From NCBI GenBank assembly GCA_049724395.1, contig JAUGWO010000092.1, positions 1-64,000 of the forward strand: DNA of 64,000 bases, written 5' to 3'. Both the position numbers and the translations under genes were made by a program. Below the pieces are notes generated by a model, which was not told where the DNA came from, ran no database searches, and worked only from the letters and a program-made list of their open reading frames with translations. This DNA comes from Spongospora subterranea f. sp. subterranea (lineage: Eukaryota). This document shows, one piece after another, positions 25,201-36,758 of this stretch (the first letter of the stretch is position 1; every line of letters starts with the position of its first letter).

Positions 25201-27471
25201 TGCGGCATGAACATCCACATATGATATGGTTAAACAGTTGATAGAAACAAAAAAGTAATCATAGGAACTACGAGCCGTTGGTTGCAGATGGTGATGAAAT
25301 TCAGGGAACCTGTGCTGATCAACAGTTTCTTCTTTGGCCTTATTACATATTGTAATGACCTTCCCGACGCCGAAATGAATAAACGGTCCATTTTTGTTAC
25401 CGATATGTGCAATAACAAGAAATGGGCCAAGATCGGCAGCAACTGACAAACGAAATGGAATAACTACGTCGTTGACAAGGCCTTGACGTTGAACTTCCGA
25501 AATTTCTTCCGCAAATAAATCAGGGGGTATTAAGGAAAAGGGAGTGGCTGGAGCTTGAACGAAATCCTTGGGAAACAACCATTGTACAAGATTGTTAATG
25601 AAGACACTCGGGACAGATATAGTACTCTGGCTGATGGCGGCCCCAATGCTCATGCTGGTACAGTGGATCAAGTACTCCACATCCCATGAAAATCGTAGGA
25701 AACTGTCTGGGTCAGTTCTAGTGTCGGTAGTAACAATTCTTAACGTTGAAGGATCGTTACAAGATGATATATCTGCCACAGATAGGATGGCCGACATTCT
25801 CAACGGATCAGACCTCGTTTTGAAACCGACCTCAACATCAATCAGGGAAATATCCACAATTTTACATGGGTTGGCCCTCTTTGATAAACATAACTGAAGT
25901 TGATCGGCATAAACAATAAACTCCACGGAACTCTCTGGTGACATTGAAGATGGTTCCTTAAATGTTGCTTCTTCATCGTCGACTGAACTTGAAGAAACGT
26001 TCTCCCAGTCATATATTTGCTGGGCAGTTGATTGCTGGCTGGAATTAATGGACTGCGACACCGATCTGCGATGGTTTGGTTGCAACCAAATTGATGAAAT
26101 CCATGCTTTGATTCGGGCCACTAAGCTTAGCTTGTTCACGGTGCCGTATTCGGCCACAGCTCTGTATCTTATCAAACAATCTTCTTTGAGCCCTAAATCC
26201 AGCTGCTGTAGCTCAATACATTCCTCAGCTGTGAGGTTCCTGTTCTTCGATAGATATTTCCTGTAGAGACGGATGTATCGTCGTCGCCGTTGTGCCGCCA
26301 GGACAACCGTCGACCTATCTGAAGGATTAGGTCCGATCTATACCCGATATCGTAATGACTGATTATATTACCATGTAGCACAGCGGAGTAACCCCAGGTA
26401 AGCGTTGAGCTCCTCTATGAGAACGTTACGAGGGAATTGCCACCATCTGACTGGCCCGTCCGATACTCGACCCATAGGTCGCAGCCACTGAACCTGTTGT
26501 GCAAAACTGTCATCGCTCACCGAGCTGGTTATTATCGCTGGAATTCTTACCGCGTAATACCGCATCCACCAGAAAACCCGGTTGAGAATATCCCAAATAA
26601 ATGCCATGTGTTCATCGGCTACAGCAAGCTTGGCTTGCTGCATTTTGACTTTGAGGATCAGGAAAGGCGCGGGGACCTTCCCGAGTCCCACTTCTTCATG
26701 ATCTGCAGTAGTCCCGAGTCGAATTCCGGCGATAGTTGTTATAGTATGTTCGTGATGAATCAACAAGTTGGAGTCTGATTTAGCTTCGGGGTTCTCAGTC
26801 ACTTCAAGGTATGCTTTAACCTGAATGATTGATAGCGAGAAGTGCAGAGTCGGCTTATAGATGGTAGAGTTAGCCTCGATTGTTGCGCCATTGATTTCGC
26901 AACCGCTTAAACCAGCTTGAGCTAAATGAAGGGATGCATTGTATGGATGCATTGGGTTAGTGACGTGATCTGAAATGTTCAGGTAGATGTTGTTGAGTGT
27001 GATCTGAATTTTTCCGATAATGGTGTAGCAAATTCGCCAAAAGACACTTGTTGGGATCTCATCAGCGTTTGGTGGAAGGTCATTCGGCATTGGTGGCAGT
27101 ACTTTAAGTACTGGCTTGAACGCTTCGTCAGGACGCTTCTTCATTCGTCCTGATGAATAGTCGTCTGCCTCGAATTTAGCCGAAATTCTGCCCAGTTTGA
27201 GCGAGACACCGTCTTCCAAAAGATTGAATATGGGTATATGTAAGTGGATGGCATCGGCAGTTAATGATTGAAAATTCCATGGGAGCATACCCTCCAGAAA
27301 GGTCATGGCATTTGGGGACACAGACACATGGGCAACTTCAATATCTCCAGAAAATCGGAATTTGAAGTCATGCGCTTGGAAATCGATCAAAAATGCGCCG
27401 AGATACGTGGATATGAGATTTCCTATGAATAAGCTGAGCCGATCCTCTATGGCTCTTATCCAGGACGCCAT
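16239..27471 (-). CDS. VPS13: VPS13-family lipid transfer protein with several C2 domains, many introns (3' end approximate)
   Basis: Chorein_N LISTYLGAFLIDFQ...FSGDIEV; WWQF; SWEPLIEPW; VAB/SHR-BD PQLVIVNCLSLPIFLRQ; C-terminal LGISVVD...ELMYLS, FQIDN, ILGSSDVLGNPVQLVSGLGSGVK, GILSGVTGVFVAPIKGA; C2-like MDANGLCDPFI and MDAGNTSDAYCKV. Confidence 0.88.
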
Positions 27472-27790
27472 CAAAAGACGACAACGATAGAGGTGTGGGG
27501 CTCTATCAAGGGGAAGGGACGGCGGGGCTCGGCCTCGGTCACAGAATCATACCAGGGCCACACTCAATACTGCATTAAGAAATCAATCGACGCTTCGTTT
27601 CGGTAAACGGTACTGTAGTTCGGTACACAGCTTGTTGTCGAAACCATTGCAATGGTGCCGATAGGCCGAACAATCCATGGCGCATATCTGAGGATACGTA
27701 CTACAGGATTAATGAGATATCTAACAAAACGATAGTGTTGGCAGAATGTTTTTGATTGGAGCAATGGATTACACTCATAGGAATGATATA

Positions 27791-28444
27791 TTATGCAATT
27801 AAGCCATTGTCCCATTCAATGGGAAATCTTGTCACTCGCGGACTGGTATTTAAAACATTTCGATAAACTTTGTCAATTTCCACGTGTTCAGGAGGTTCTC
27901 GATTCAGCAGTTCGTCGGGCCCAAAGTCATTATTGACGTAGTAGCCAACACGAATGAATTCATTACCCTTGTAAGAGCACGTCAATAAAATAACAGTGAC
28001 CTCCAATATGTCCTTTTCTGGAATTTTGCTAGCATCTGGTGATGCTGCCTGAACAGAATATAAATGGAAGGCCATCAGCCAATATCAAATTAGTTGCGAC
28101 CTGAAGAACGAATTTGCTGGTTCCAATTGAGACGGGACCAACTAAAACACTGTCCAGTAATTGATCATATTTCTCGTCATCTGCGGATCCAACATATATA
28201 AGCTTCCATTCTAGCTCTATGGAAAAAAATAAGATATGCCATACGAACGTTGTCAGATTATATTAGCCAGACCTCCTTCAATACCTGGAGATATACAATC
28301 GAAAGTTACTAAAAAAGGAAGCGTCAATATTAACGTCGATTTGGTTTTCACAAACAACTGGCAAGAACCTTGAATTTGGAAAGGGTTCTTGAACTTTGTT
28401 GGATTATCCAAGATCTCGACGTTCTCGATGTTGATAGGTGCCAT
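27791..28444 (-). CDS. ASF1: Histone chaperone ASF1, spliced
   Basis: MAPINIENVEILDNPTKFKNPFQ; LEWKLIYVGSADDEKYDQLLDSVLVGP; VTVILLTCSYKGNEFIRVGYYVNN; PRVTRFPIEWD. Confidence 0.96.
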
Positions 28445-29099
28445 ACAGCAGAATCTCGCTGAAACGAGCCCCTAACGCCACTGCCTTGGTACGCGATGGA
28501 AAATGGATACCGACGATAGGCGAATGAAGATTTCGGATGCGTCTGCCCTTGGGAGCGTACAGAAAGGCAGAGGTGGGTGTGGGTGGGTACGACTGGGGTT
28601 GCCTTGTGGCGTAACTGTACGTCAGGTTTTCTGCGCAGGATTTTTTTTTTCAAAAGTGATTCTAAACCAGTCCGGTATCTGCCGGGGTGCGGTTCATTTT
28701 CGCCTGCTGACGCTCGCTTTTTTATGGGTATATTTTCTAGTGATTTTTATTGTAATCTTCTGGTGAGTTTTTGTAAATCCTCTGGTGATTCGTTGTTGAA
28801 TAGTTTAGGAGAGAAGGTCGGCACTAGCAGATGGTCTCGAAATGATCAGGGAATGAATATTGCGAAACACGGATATCCGCTGCCGGTGTTTATTCGCAGT
28901 GGGCTCCGCTGATTGTTTACACCTGCCGTGGCATGAAATGATGATGACGCCCTGAATCGCTTTTCGTCGTACTAAAGCTGGTACTATGAGCGATTTTTTT
29001 GGTTTGTACCTTCTGTTTGAACTATGGAAGCTTCGATAATTGCTTTCAGGACGCTAAACATTCGAGAAGGTATTACGATATGCAACGCACTTCAGATCT

Positions 29100-30190
29100 G
29101 TGCACTCTGCAACCATTTCGAAATGGATTGTCCAGAAAGCACAAGTTGATTTAGTCATAGAGATCACGGCACAAGCAGAAAGCTTTGGAGTCAAAACCCT
29201 CCAAAGCAAAGGCCGAAAACGAAAGCCCTTGGTGCGAGTATCACTTTTTAGAAAATGCCAAGCGCAACCAAGGAGCGCAGTCGTCGAACCGAACGGTGAA
29301 GGCGAAGGCCAAGTCGTCACGCCCTACGAAAGCCTGAGGTTAAGACAATGGCATATCACAGAAAATATGGTCTCAGAGATCACTAACCTATTCTCGTTTT
29401 TGTCACGCCTCAAAGCGTTGAGCTGTTGTGCAATTTCCTGACGCTCCTCGGCTAATCCACGGTCTTGACGTTCCTGCGATTCCAGCAAACGTCGCAGCAT
29501 TGCAGTAGCTGCGTCCTCTATAGAGGAAGCCGATTTTTCGGCTGGGGGAGAGAAGGACCGGGTTCGGCGTGGGTGGGTGAAGGGGATCGTCGTGCACCAT
29601 GAAGGATGAAATGAAAGACAGAGGGATACAGAGAACGACAACAGTTGAAATGCAGGATGAAGAGGATGAAGCGATCAAAGAGTAAGAAAATTGAGCACCA
29701 TGAAGGATAATGAAGGTAGTGAAGAGGAGGGATACAGAGACGCAGTTGAAATGAGGATGAAGCGATCAAAGAGTAAGAAAACTGAAGATAGAAGGAATGA
29801 AGATGAAAGGATGGAGATGTAGGGATCGAAGAAAGAAAGGATGAGGGTGAACAGATTGATGATAGAAAGAACGAAACTAATGAGAAAAAGAAAGTGTGAG
29901 GCTGATAACTTAGGGCGAACAACTGTTCGAGCTGTAGAAACTTTTGTGGACTTGACAGTCGATCTGTTAAGATGTGAACTAACCTCGATGAGGTGGCACC
30001 AATTACGATGGTAAAAACGGAGTGTTTATTATTGCGCAATGGAACTCGGCCTTGAGCTATTGCTTTCGAAGGTCTTTCGCTTTCGACTGTTGCTTCGGAG
30101 GGTTTTGATTCCAAAGCTGTCTGCTGTTTCAATTTGTTAGCCGTGATTCCTATGACGAAATTCGCTTGTGCTTTCTGAGCACTCATAAAA
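29100..30190. mobile_element. Retroelement-like debris: inverted pair of homologous gag-like fragments plus a purine-rich tandem duplication
   Basis: 29133-29231 (+) and 30068-30177 (-) encode QKAQVDLVIEITA and QKAQANFVIGITA with matching DNA. 29596-29690 and 29696-29781 are imperfect direct copies. There is a coiled-coil-like ORF MLRRLLESQERQD. Confidence 0.45.
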
Positions 30191-30441
30191 ATTACTAGTC
30201 CTCGGTTTTTCGGAAAAACAATTCCGGGCAGGTATCACATCACCCTTTTACCAAACTGATGAGAATCGATCATAAAACATCTGGTTATCTACCGGTCTTC
30301 GTCTTGGGCTTCAACACCACGTCCTACACTCATCTGTACTGTACACCGCGAGCAACCATCGGTATCTACCACAATCACCCATCTGTACTGTTCAAGCGTT
30401 GAATCTGTGCACACACACCAATCACATCTACCATCGGCCTC

Positions 30442-30763
30442 GCTTATTGAAGAGCTCGGCCCGCTGCAGGACGGGCCCGTTCATGATAATCTCGATGACG
30501 TTGGCGTACCTTTGTGCGCCCATGATTGAGAAACAGGTGGTCGTCATCAAGTCCTCATCCGTGATCTTGGATCCCGTCACCTCATCCAGCTCGTCGGCCA
30601 AGTTCGACAAGTTTGTCAGGTGAGGTAACGGGATCCAAGATCACGGATGAGGACTTTATGACGACCACCTGTTTCTCAATCATGGGCGCACAAAGGTACG
30701 CCAACGTCATCGAGATTATCATGAACGGGCCCGTCCTGCAGCGGGCCGAGCTCTTCAATAAGC
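30442..30763. repeat. Near-perfect inverted repeat: 143-bp arms and a 36-nt loop, made of Copia gag-like sequence
   Basis: 30442-30584 is the reverse complement of 30621-30763 with two mismatches seen. Both strands encode EVTGSKITDED(L/F)MTTTCFSIMGAQRYANVIEIIMNGPVLQRAELFNK. Confidence 0.95.
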
Positions 30764-30979
30764 TGGTCGCTCGGCGCTCTTCAGCGGCGGCAGGATCCCC
30801 GTCCTGCTCATCGCGGTGATCACCTTGAAGTTGGTATGCCCGCAGCGCCGGTGGAAGTCGCCGATGTCAGCTTGCTGGCAATCCTCCGTCGCCGTCGCCG
30901 CCATAACACAACCACCGTACATCGCAATAGTAGAATCTGTAAACCCACCGCATCTACCGGCGTCGCTCTCTACCAGCAT
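30764..30979 (-). mobile_element. Copia GAG-pre-integrase fragment
   Basis: DIGDFHRRCGHTNFKVITAMSRTGIL matches the WH.RLGH pre-integrase motif. Confidence 0.7.
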
Positions 30980-31281
30980 GACCTCATCAAATGGGTCCCA
31001 GTGTCATGTTACCTATTGAGTGTATTACTGTCACGGACTAGCAATGACTATCGGGGCAGTCGATCTATTCCACTCATTTCAATCTCGTGTATTCACTAAT
31101 ATTATCCAACAGTGCTGTCGTCAGATTCGCGAATACAATCTGGGCCGACCAGGCAATTATATTGGGACGGCGGGAAACAATCAAAACAGCTGGTCGCGTC
31201 TTGAATTTGATTCGGGTTTCAAACGGTTCGAATCCTCTTCCTTTTACTGGATGCGCAATCGCAATTTTTCGGCGTACATAG

Positions 31282-31929
31282 ATGGAAGCAATCAGTTCTG
31301 CGTTTGGAGCTGCTAATCGCCAAGAACATGTCGTTGGTAATCTGCTGGCTTCGTTGAAGAACGGATCCTTCTCTACAGAGTCCATTGAGGAGCCTAAACA
31401 CCTCTTATCGAATTCTTTGAATGAGCTTTCTCGTTCTGTGGGACAGCTGCTGCCACTCATTCAACGGCTGCCGCCTTCGAACAGATTTCATTGGAAGGCA
31501 AAAGTCGATAGTTTACAAGAGAAAGTCGACTTACACAGATCGGAATTTATGCGATTTCTATCGAGCCATCACGAAGCTGCGGTGAGAGAACAGCTTTTTT
31601 CACGGCCGGAAGGTGGATTAGTGAACCGACCGCCAATGTCTGTTGAGCATAGATTTGCGGAGGAGAAACAAGCGCTGAATCGATTCGATGAGCACATTGA
31701 AATCGCTCTAGGTCAAGCTACTGAGACATTGCATGAGATGAGACGGCAGCGATATACCCTCAAAGGGACAAGAACTGTTTTGTTAAGCGTCATGGGCCAG
31801 CTTGGTCTGAGCAACACCGTAATGCGATTCGTGAGGAGAAGGAATCGGGAGGATCGTTTGCTGGTTTATGCTGGAATGATAATTACCACATTAATTATTA
31901 TCGGGTTGCTTTATTTGTTCAGGTGGTGA
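31282..31929 (+). CDS. Golgi Qb-SNARE membrin/Bos1 (GOSR2-like), intronless
   Basis: REQLF; ATETLHEMRRQRYTLKGT; LGLSNTVMRFVRRRNREDRLLVYAGM followed by a C-terminal TM helix. Confidence 0.9.
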   Translation: MEAISSAFGAANRQEHVVGNLLASLKNGSFSTESIEEPKHLLSNSLNELSRSVGQLLPLIQRLPPSNRFHWKAKVDSLQEKVDLHRSEFMRFLSSHHEAAVREQLFSRPEGGLVNRPPMSVEHRFAEEKQALNRFDEHIEIALGQATETLHEMRRQRYTLKGTRTVLLSVMGQLGLSNTVMRFVRRRNREDRLLVYAGMIITTLIIIGLLYLFRW

Positions 31930-32430
31930 TCCAAAGATATATCATAAATTCATTAAATCGAAGTTGGCATCAGAATGGGTTGTCGAGAACACCGGTAGTT
32001 GGCTCGACTTTCCTGCAACGATGAGTTTTGACTAGAACGCAAACTCGTACAGAGGTCCAAGCTGATAAGATATCTTTCTTCTTCCAATTTCTGGGTTCCA
32101 ACATTATTAGCAACTCTTGCTTTTACAGGGAGTAGCCACGTTTTTGTCTACACGAGAAAACCTCTCGCAAGATCGGTCTCTCAGTATATCGAATCACACG
32201 GTTTACTGTGAATTCGCTTGCGCCTCGACAGACGTGGCGCATTTGATAAACGATTGGCTCTGTCGGGAACCAATATCTCAACAATGCTTAGGCGACGTGT
32301 CAACCATATCAAGATACGCTCTGCAAAACTGTCTTTTGTTTCGCTTTCTAAACATCGGCACTGAAATCCTCCTAATTTTCTGTCGATCACTGTTTTCTTA
32401 GTATATGTTCGATTGTTTATTATTATGAAA

Positions 32431-35400
32431 TCAGGTCAGCGAATTATTCGGTTCTAACAGGACGCTGTAGAAATAGCGTTTGATTGCGCTCAGCAGGCGA
32501 TGGCGATAGTCGATCGGATTAGCGATGGTGGGGGATTGAAATCCAAACAAGCTCGCTTGAGCTGTTTTCAATCGGTTCTCCACTTTCCTATCGAACGTAT
32601 AATGTGTGATATAATCGATCACCCCAAACGCGATTCGCCGTGAACGTTCGTCGATACCGACCAGGACCGAATAGTCCATCGCCCCGGGCGATTGCCCATT
32701 GGCCAAGAATTTCGTGTCCTGTATCAGGCGACTTATCAGGTCCTCGTAATCGCCATGGCCCAACGCAATCGGGATTCCTTTACTGAACGCGAACAGGTTC
32801 ATCTGTTCGAGATCGGGCGATCGATCATCAGCCGCTCCTCCTCGCCCTTTCAGATCGAACTCGGCCGACGTGTTCACGTCCGAGAACACGTTGGGCACAA
32901 CCATGAACAGCTGCGTTGTGCGATGTGGACGATGGAACAACGCACCCGTTGACGCGCCGTCCGACTCCTTCTCGACGCGATATAATCCCAGGATCGGGAC
33001 CAGGCACGTCGCCCCATCGCATTGCTCCAGGTAATCAAAATACGGATCGGCGTTCGCCATCAACATTCGGTATTCCCGCTCGGTCAACGACTTGATGATC
33101 AGGCGATGGTCGTGGGTCATACGGAATCTGGCGCCAGATTTACCGCCATGGTCGTTCCATAGTTCCGACGAGATCATCGATGCGATGTATTGGCGATCGC
33201 CGGCGGTGAAGAATCGGGTGCGAATGGTATGGAATTGACGGGCGAATAGAGCTGAGCATTGGATCGTGGCGGAGATCGACCGGGAGACGATCTTGAAGTT
33301 AAAGTGCTGATGATCGGGGCGATCTGGCGAGGGAGGTACGGAGAGGGCCTGAGGCAGATGGGCTGGCAATGTCGGGTACCGACCGGGGTGGATATAGTGC
33401 AGATACGAGATGGTCGAGAGGACATGGGCGATGTACGACGACGGGTCATCGTAGCGGATCGGGACGATCAGGTCGCCGATCGTCGGGCGCAGGTCCATAC
33501 TGCATTGCATCAGGTCGGAGACGCCCTGAACGTGATCGGGATGATGATCTTCACGCGATCCCGGACCGGATGAACCCCATCGATTGTCGACACCGCTGTC
33601 GACCGACCACGATCTGACCCTCCCTGGTCGTCGCTCCGATCGGGACCGCGCTCGCTCCGATGGGCGATCGCCGTCCCCAACACCGAGCACCAGATATGTG
33701 TTGTATCTCACGATCGTTGGGCGATGTTGACCGTGACCCGATCGCGTCGTGGTGGCGGAATGGCGCCCCGGGCCGCCGTACTGGACCGCGCCATGGTACT
33801 GGGCACATGTCGCCCAGCGATAGATCGTATTGACTAGGATTAGACGAGCCCAGACCGATTCGCTGCTCAACATATCCAGACGGTGCTCGCCATTGTATTC
33901 GCTGATTGAACGCAGCAGAGACGACGAACGATCCAGAATGTCGTCGCGAATCGCGTCGCGACTCGTGTGGGACAGGTCCAGGCGGCGGACGGATTCCATC
34001 AGGAAACTGGTGATCGATGAGGTGAGTTGAGTGAGCGATTGGTTCGTGATATAGGTGTTGTTGTGATAGTGGCCAGGTTGATGGCGATAGTGGGGCTGGG
34101 ATGTGATCGACGGAGGGGGTGGTGAATATGGCCATACGACCCGATACGCGATCGATGGCTTCGTGGATATCGTGACGATGATGTCGTCCCTGGCGATATA
34201 GGTGATGTGGTCCTGGAACAGGAGGTGGCGACAAAACCGGCTATAGCTGGGCGAGCGGTTCTGGCTCAGCCATAGCGACAGGTACCTGGTGAGGTTGATG
34301 GATTGGGCGGTGCTGGTCAGGATCGAGACCGGGGTCACCTTCCCCCGACAGATCAGGCACCGATTCCAGATGACGGTCGGCGATGGCGATGGCGACGATG
34401 ATGGAGGGGATAACACCAACTTACTGGGGAGTTGGTCGATCTCGATCAGGACCTGGACCTGGCCAGCGCCGAACAGATGAAGATGATCGAAGGCCGATCC
34501 TTGAGGATTACAGCTGGAACAGCATTTGATCGGGTCGGGATTGAAACAGATCTCGTCCATGAACGATCTTAAGGTCATGTGCGATGGCGTTATTCGTCTG
34601 GAGCAGACCTCGGAGGTCGATGTCGGTTTACGGCGATGGCGTCGTAAACAGATCCATTCCGGCCGATTGCGAACATATTCGTCATCCGATGGGGAATGAA
34701 TATATTGGCCAAACACGTTATTCAGGAACGACGCGTTGATGATATCGATATGGGCTAATGAGGCTAAGTCCTGATCGACAATCACAAAACCAATCAGAAA
34801 ACCGATTGTCGGAACCACAATGGGATTAAAACCTGAAGAACGGGAACGACTCGTTGAAGGTATGACATATCTGCACCTCTAAGAACAACGGTTATCGCTT
34901 GTTCACCTGGACAGTCGTCGAATATCATGAACGGGCCGGATTCGGCGTTCTTGCCTTCGTCGTCGTCGACGTCATCGCGATCGGTGATGGTCTCGATGTG
35001 GAACTTGCCGCAATGCCCCAGATGATCCTGGGTGATCTGGTCGATGAGATTGGCGCCGATGATGGTCGCGCCAGTTGATCGCGACAGTTGCCGCAATGTG
35101 TCGTGATCGATCTGGACCGCCACCGTGATATGATGCGATCGGAACAGGTCCTGCGCTGATCTCGGGATGACGGTGGAGCTGATGATCACATCGGGCTGAA
35201 TCTTCAGCAAACGATAGCACAAGCGCTTGATTCGCGCCCGCTCCTGGTATTTGATACGCCCCAGCGTTAGCAGCGACGTATCGTGAAGAGTCAAGGGCAT
35301 ATCGATCAAGGCGATTGATGGCGATAGAATTCGGGAGCGCATTCGGCGATGGACAACTGCACAAAGAATGGTCAAATCGAGCGATATATCGGAAATTGAT

Positions 35401-36404
35401 TGGGAATTACCGTTCTTTCGTAAAACAACTCCACGAATAAAGAACGAGCTGACGGGGGATCCACCGGCGACCGCAATGATTGTCAGATGCGACGATAGGT
35501 CGACCTCTTTCAGAGCAAACGCGGCCTGGCGAGATATCGACACGAGGAAATCCTGACAAGACACAGCGAGATCGTGGCCCACGACTTCCTGTAATCGCAT
35601 CGCGGCGTATTCCGTCAAGCGAATCCGCTGACGATTGAGGGACTGGCGAACCTCGCCGATCGCCACATTGGAATACGGGGCGCGATCCGACGACGGGCTG
35701 TTGTCGTGATCGTGAGCGGCGTCCATGAGGTCGATCACGGACGGGTGCAGAAGGTGATCGGCGTATTGCAGGTAAGCCATACGCGATATATTCGCCAAGC
35801 TATCGATCGGGCACGGGATGGCGCCATGGAACATGGATCGGGTCCATCTGGGCCGATTACCATGGCTACGATCGTGCCCGGAACTGTGCAGGAACGGGGG
35901 AAGCAGCGACGATCGCATTAGTCGTCGCGCTTCGCTCTCCGTCTGGCGTTGGAACCTGGATCCGTTCCTGGCACCGGGTATATGCGATAGCAGGAGGCCA
36001 ACACATACACGAGCTGGGCGCTTGTTCTCGAAACAGTTCAGACAGGTCTTGACAAGACGATGACGATCATCATCTTCGCCCTCCTCGGCTAATTTGCGCT
36101 GAAAGCAGCAGTTGCCACAGAACACGCACCCGCACAGGCGACAGTGATGACGACGACGAAACAGGTGGAATCGGTGATGACAATGACGACAAGTGAGGGC
36201 GGCTTCGTCCGCTTCCCAGAACCCGGATAGCGATTTTGTTGCTCCGGCGTCGTCGTATCGTCGCCGGGAGCCGTACACGCTGGCGCTGGCGTTTGATGAG
36301 CTGCTGGACGAAGTTGTTAACGATGACGATTGCGTATTGGATGACGACAGGTTCGACAACGACGACGTCGACGCCGTCATCGTATTGCACGAGGACGACG
36401 ACAT
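32431..36404 (-). CDS. FAB1: Phosphatidylinositol-3-phosphate 5-kinase FAB1/PIKfyve, spliced
   Basis: FYVE domain WEADEAALTCRHC...RRHHCRLCGCVFCGNC; CCT-like HRRMRSRILSP...TVVLRG; PIP5K domain GGKSGARFRMTHDHRLIIKS, FDLKG, MDYSVLVG, GVIDY. Confidence 0.93.
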
Positions 36405-36758
36405 GTGTTCCCCGGATTTACTCAGCGTTGGCGCAACTGATTACCAATCCGCTTGCGGGCAAGATCGGAACCAAATATGGATGAATGATGTGCATCATAG
36501 GGGTGGTGTTGTTGATGACCGGCAACAGAGTAGTCAACATCCTGGTTGGCGGTCAGGAGCTACTCTGAAGCTGCCGATCACTATACCTGCTGTAGCTTCA
36601 TCTATGACAGGGTACACACACGTCTGGAACCACGACATGTTTCCATCCTGCCTTAATCGCCACAAACACGTCGGGAAAGTAAATTCCGAATAGATTGTGT
36701 ATTGAATAAATTGATTAAAATAACAAGGGAGAAGAACGTCGACGATAGATTGCGGTGG

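Noticed and set aside
31170..31250. tRNA suggested by GGTTCGAATCC (T-loop/B-box) at about 31225
   Set aside because: The T-stem does not pair beyond two bases, and no acceptor, D or anticodon stems can be built.
32692..36693. Many plus-strand ORFs over FAB1 (also over IFT74, DH-PH and MACPF)
   Set aside because: Antisense or shadow frames of GC-rich real genes, with no motifs.
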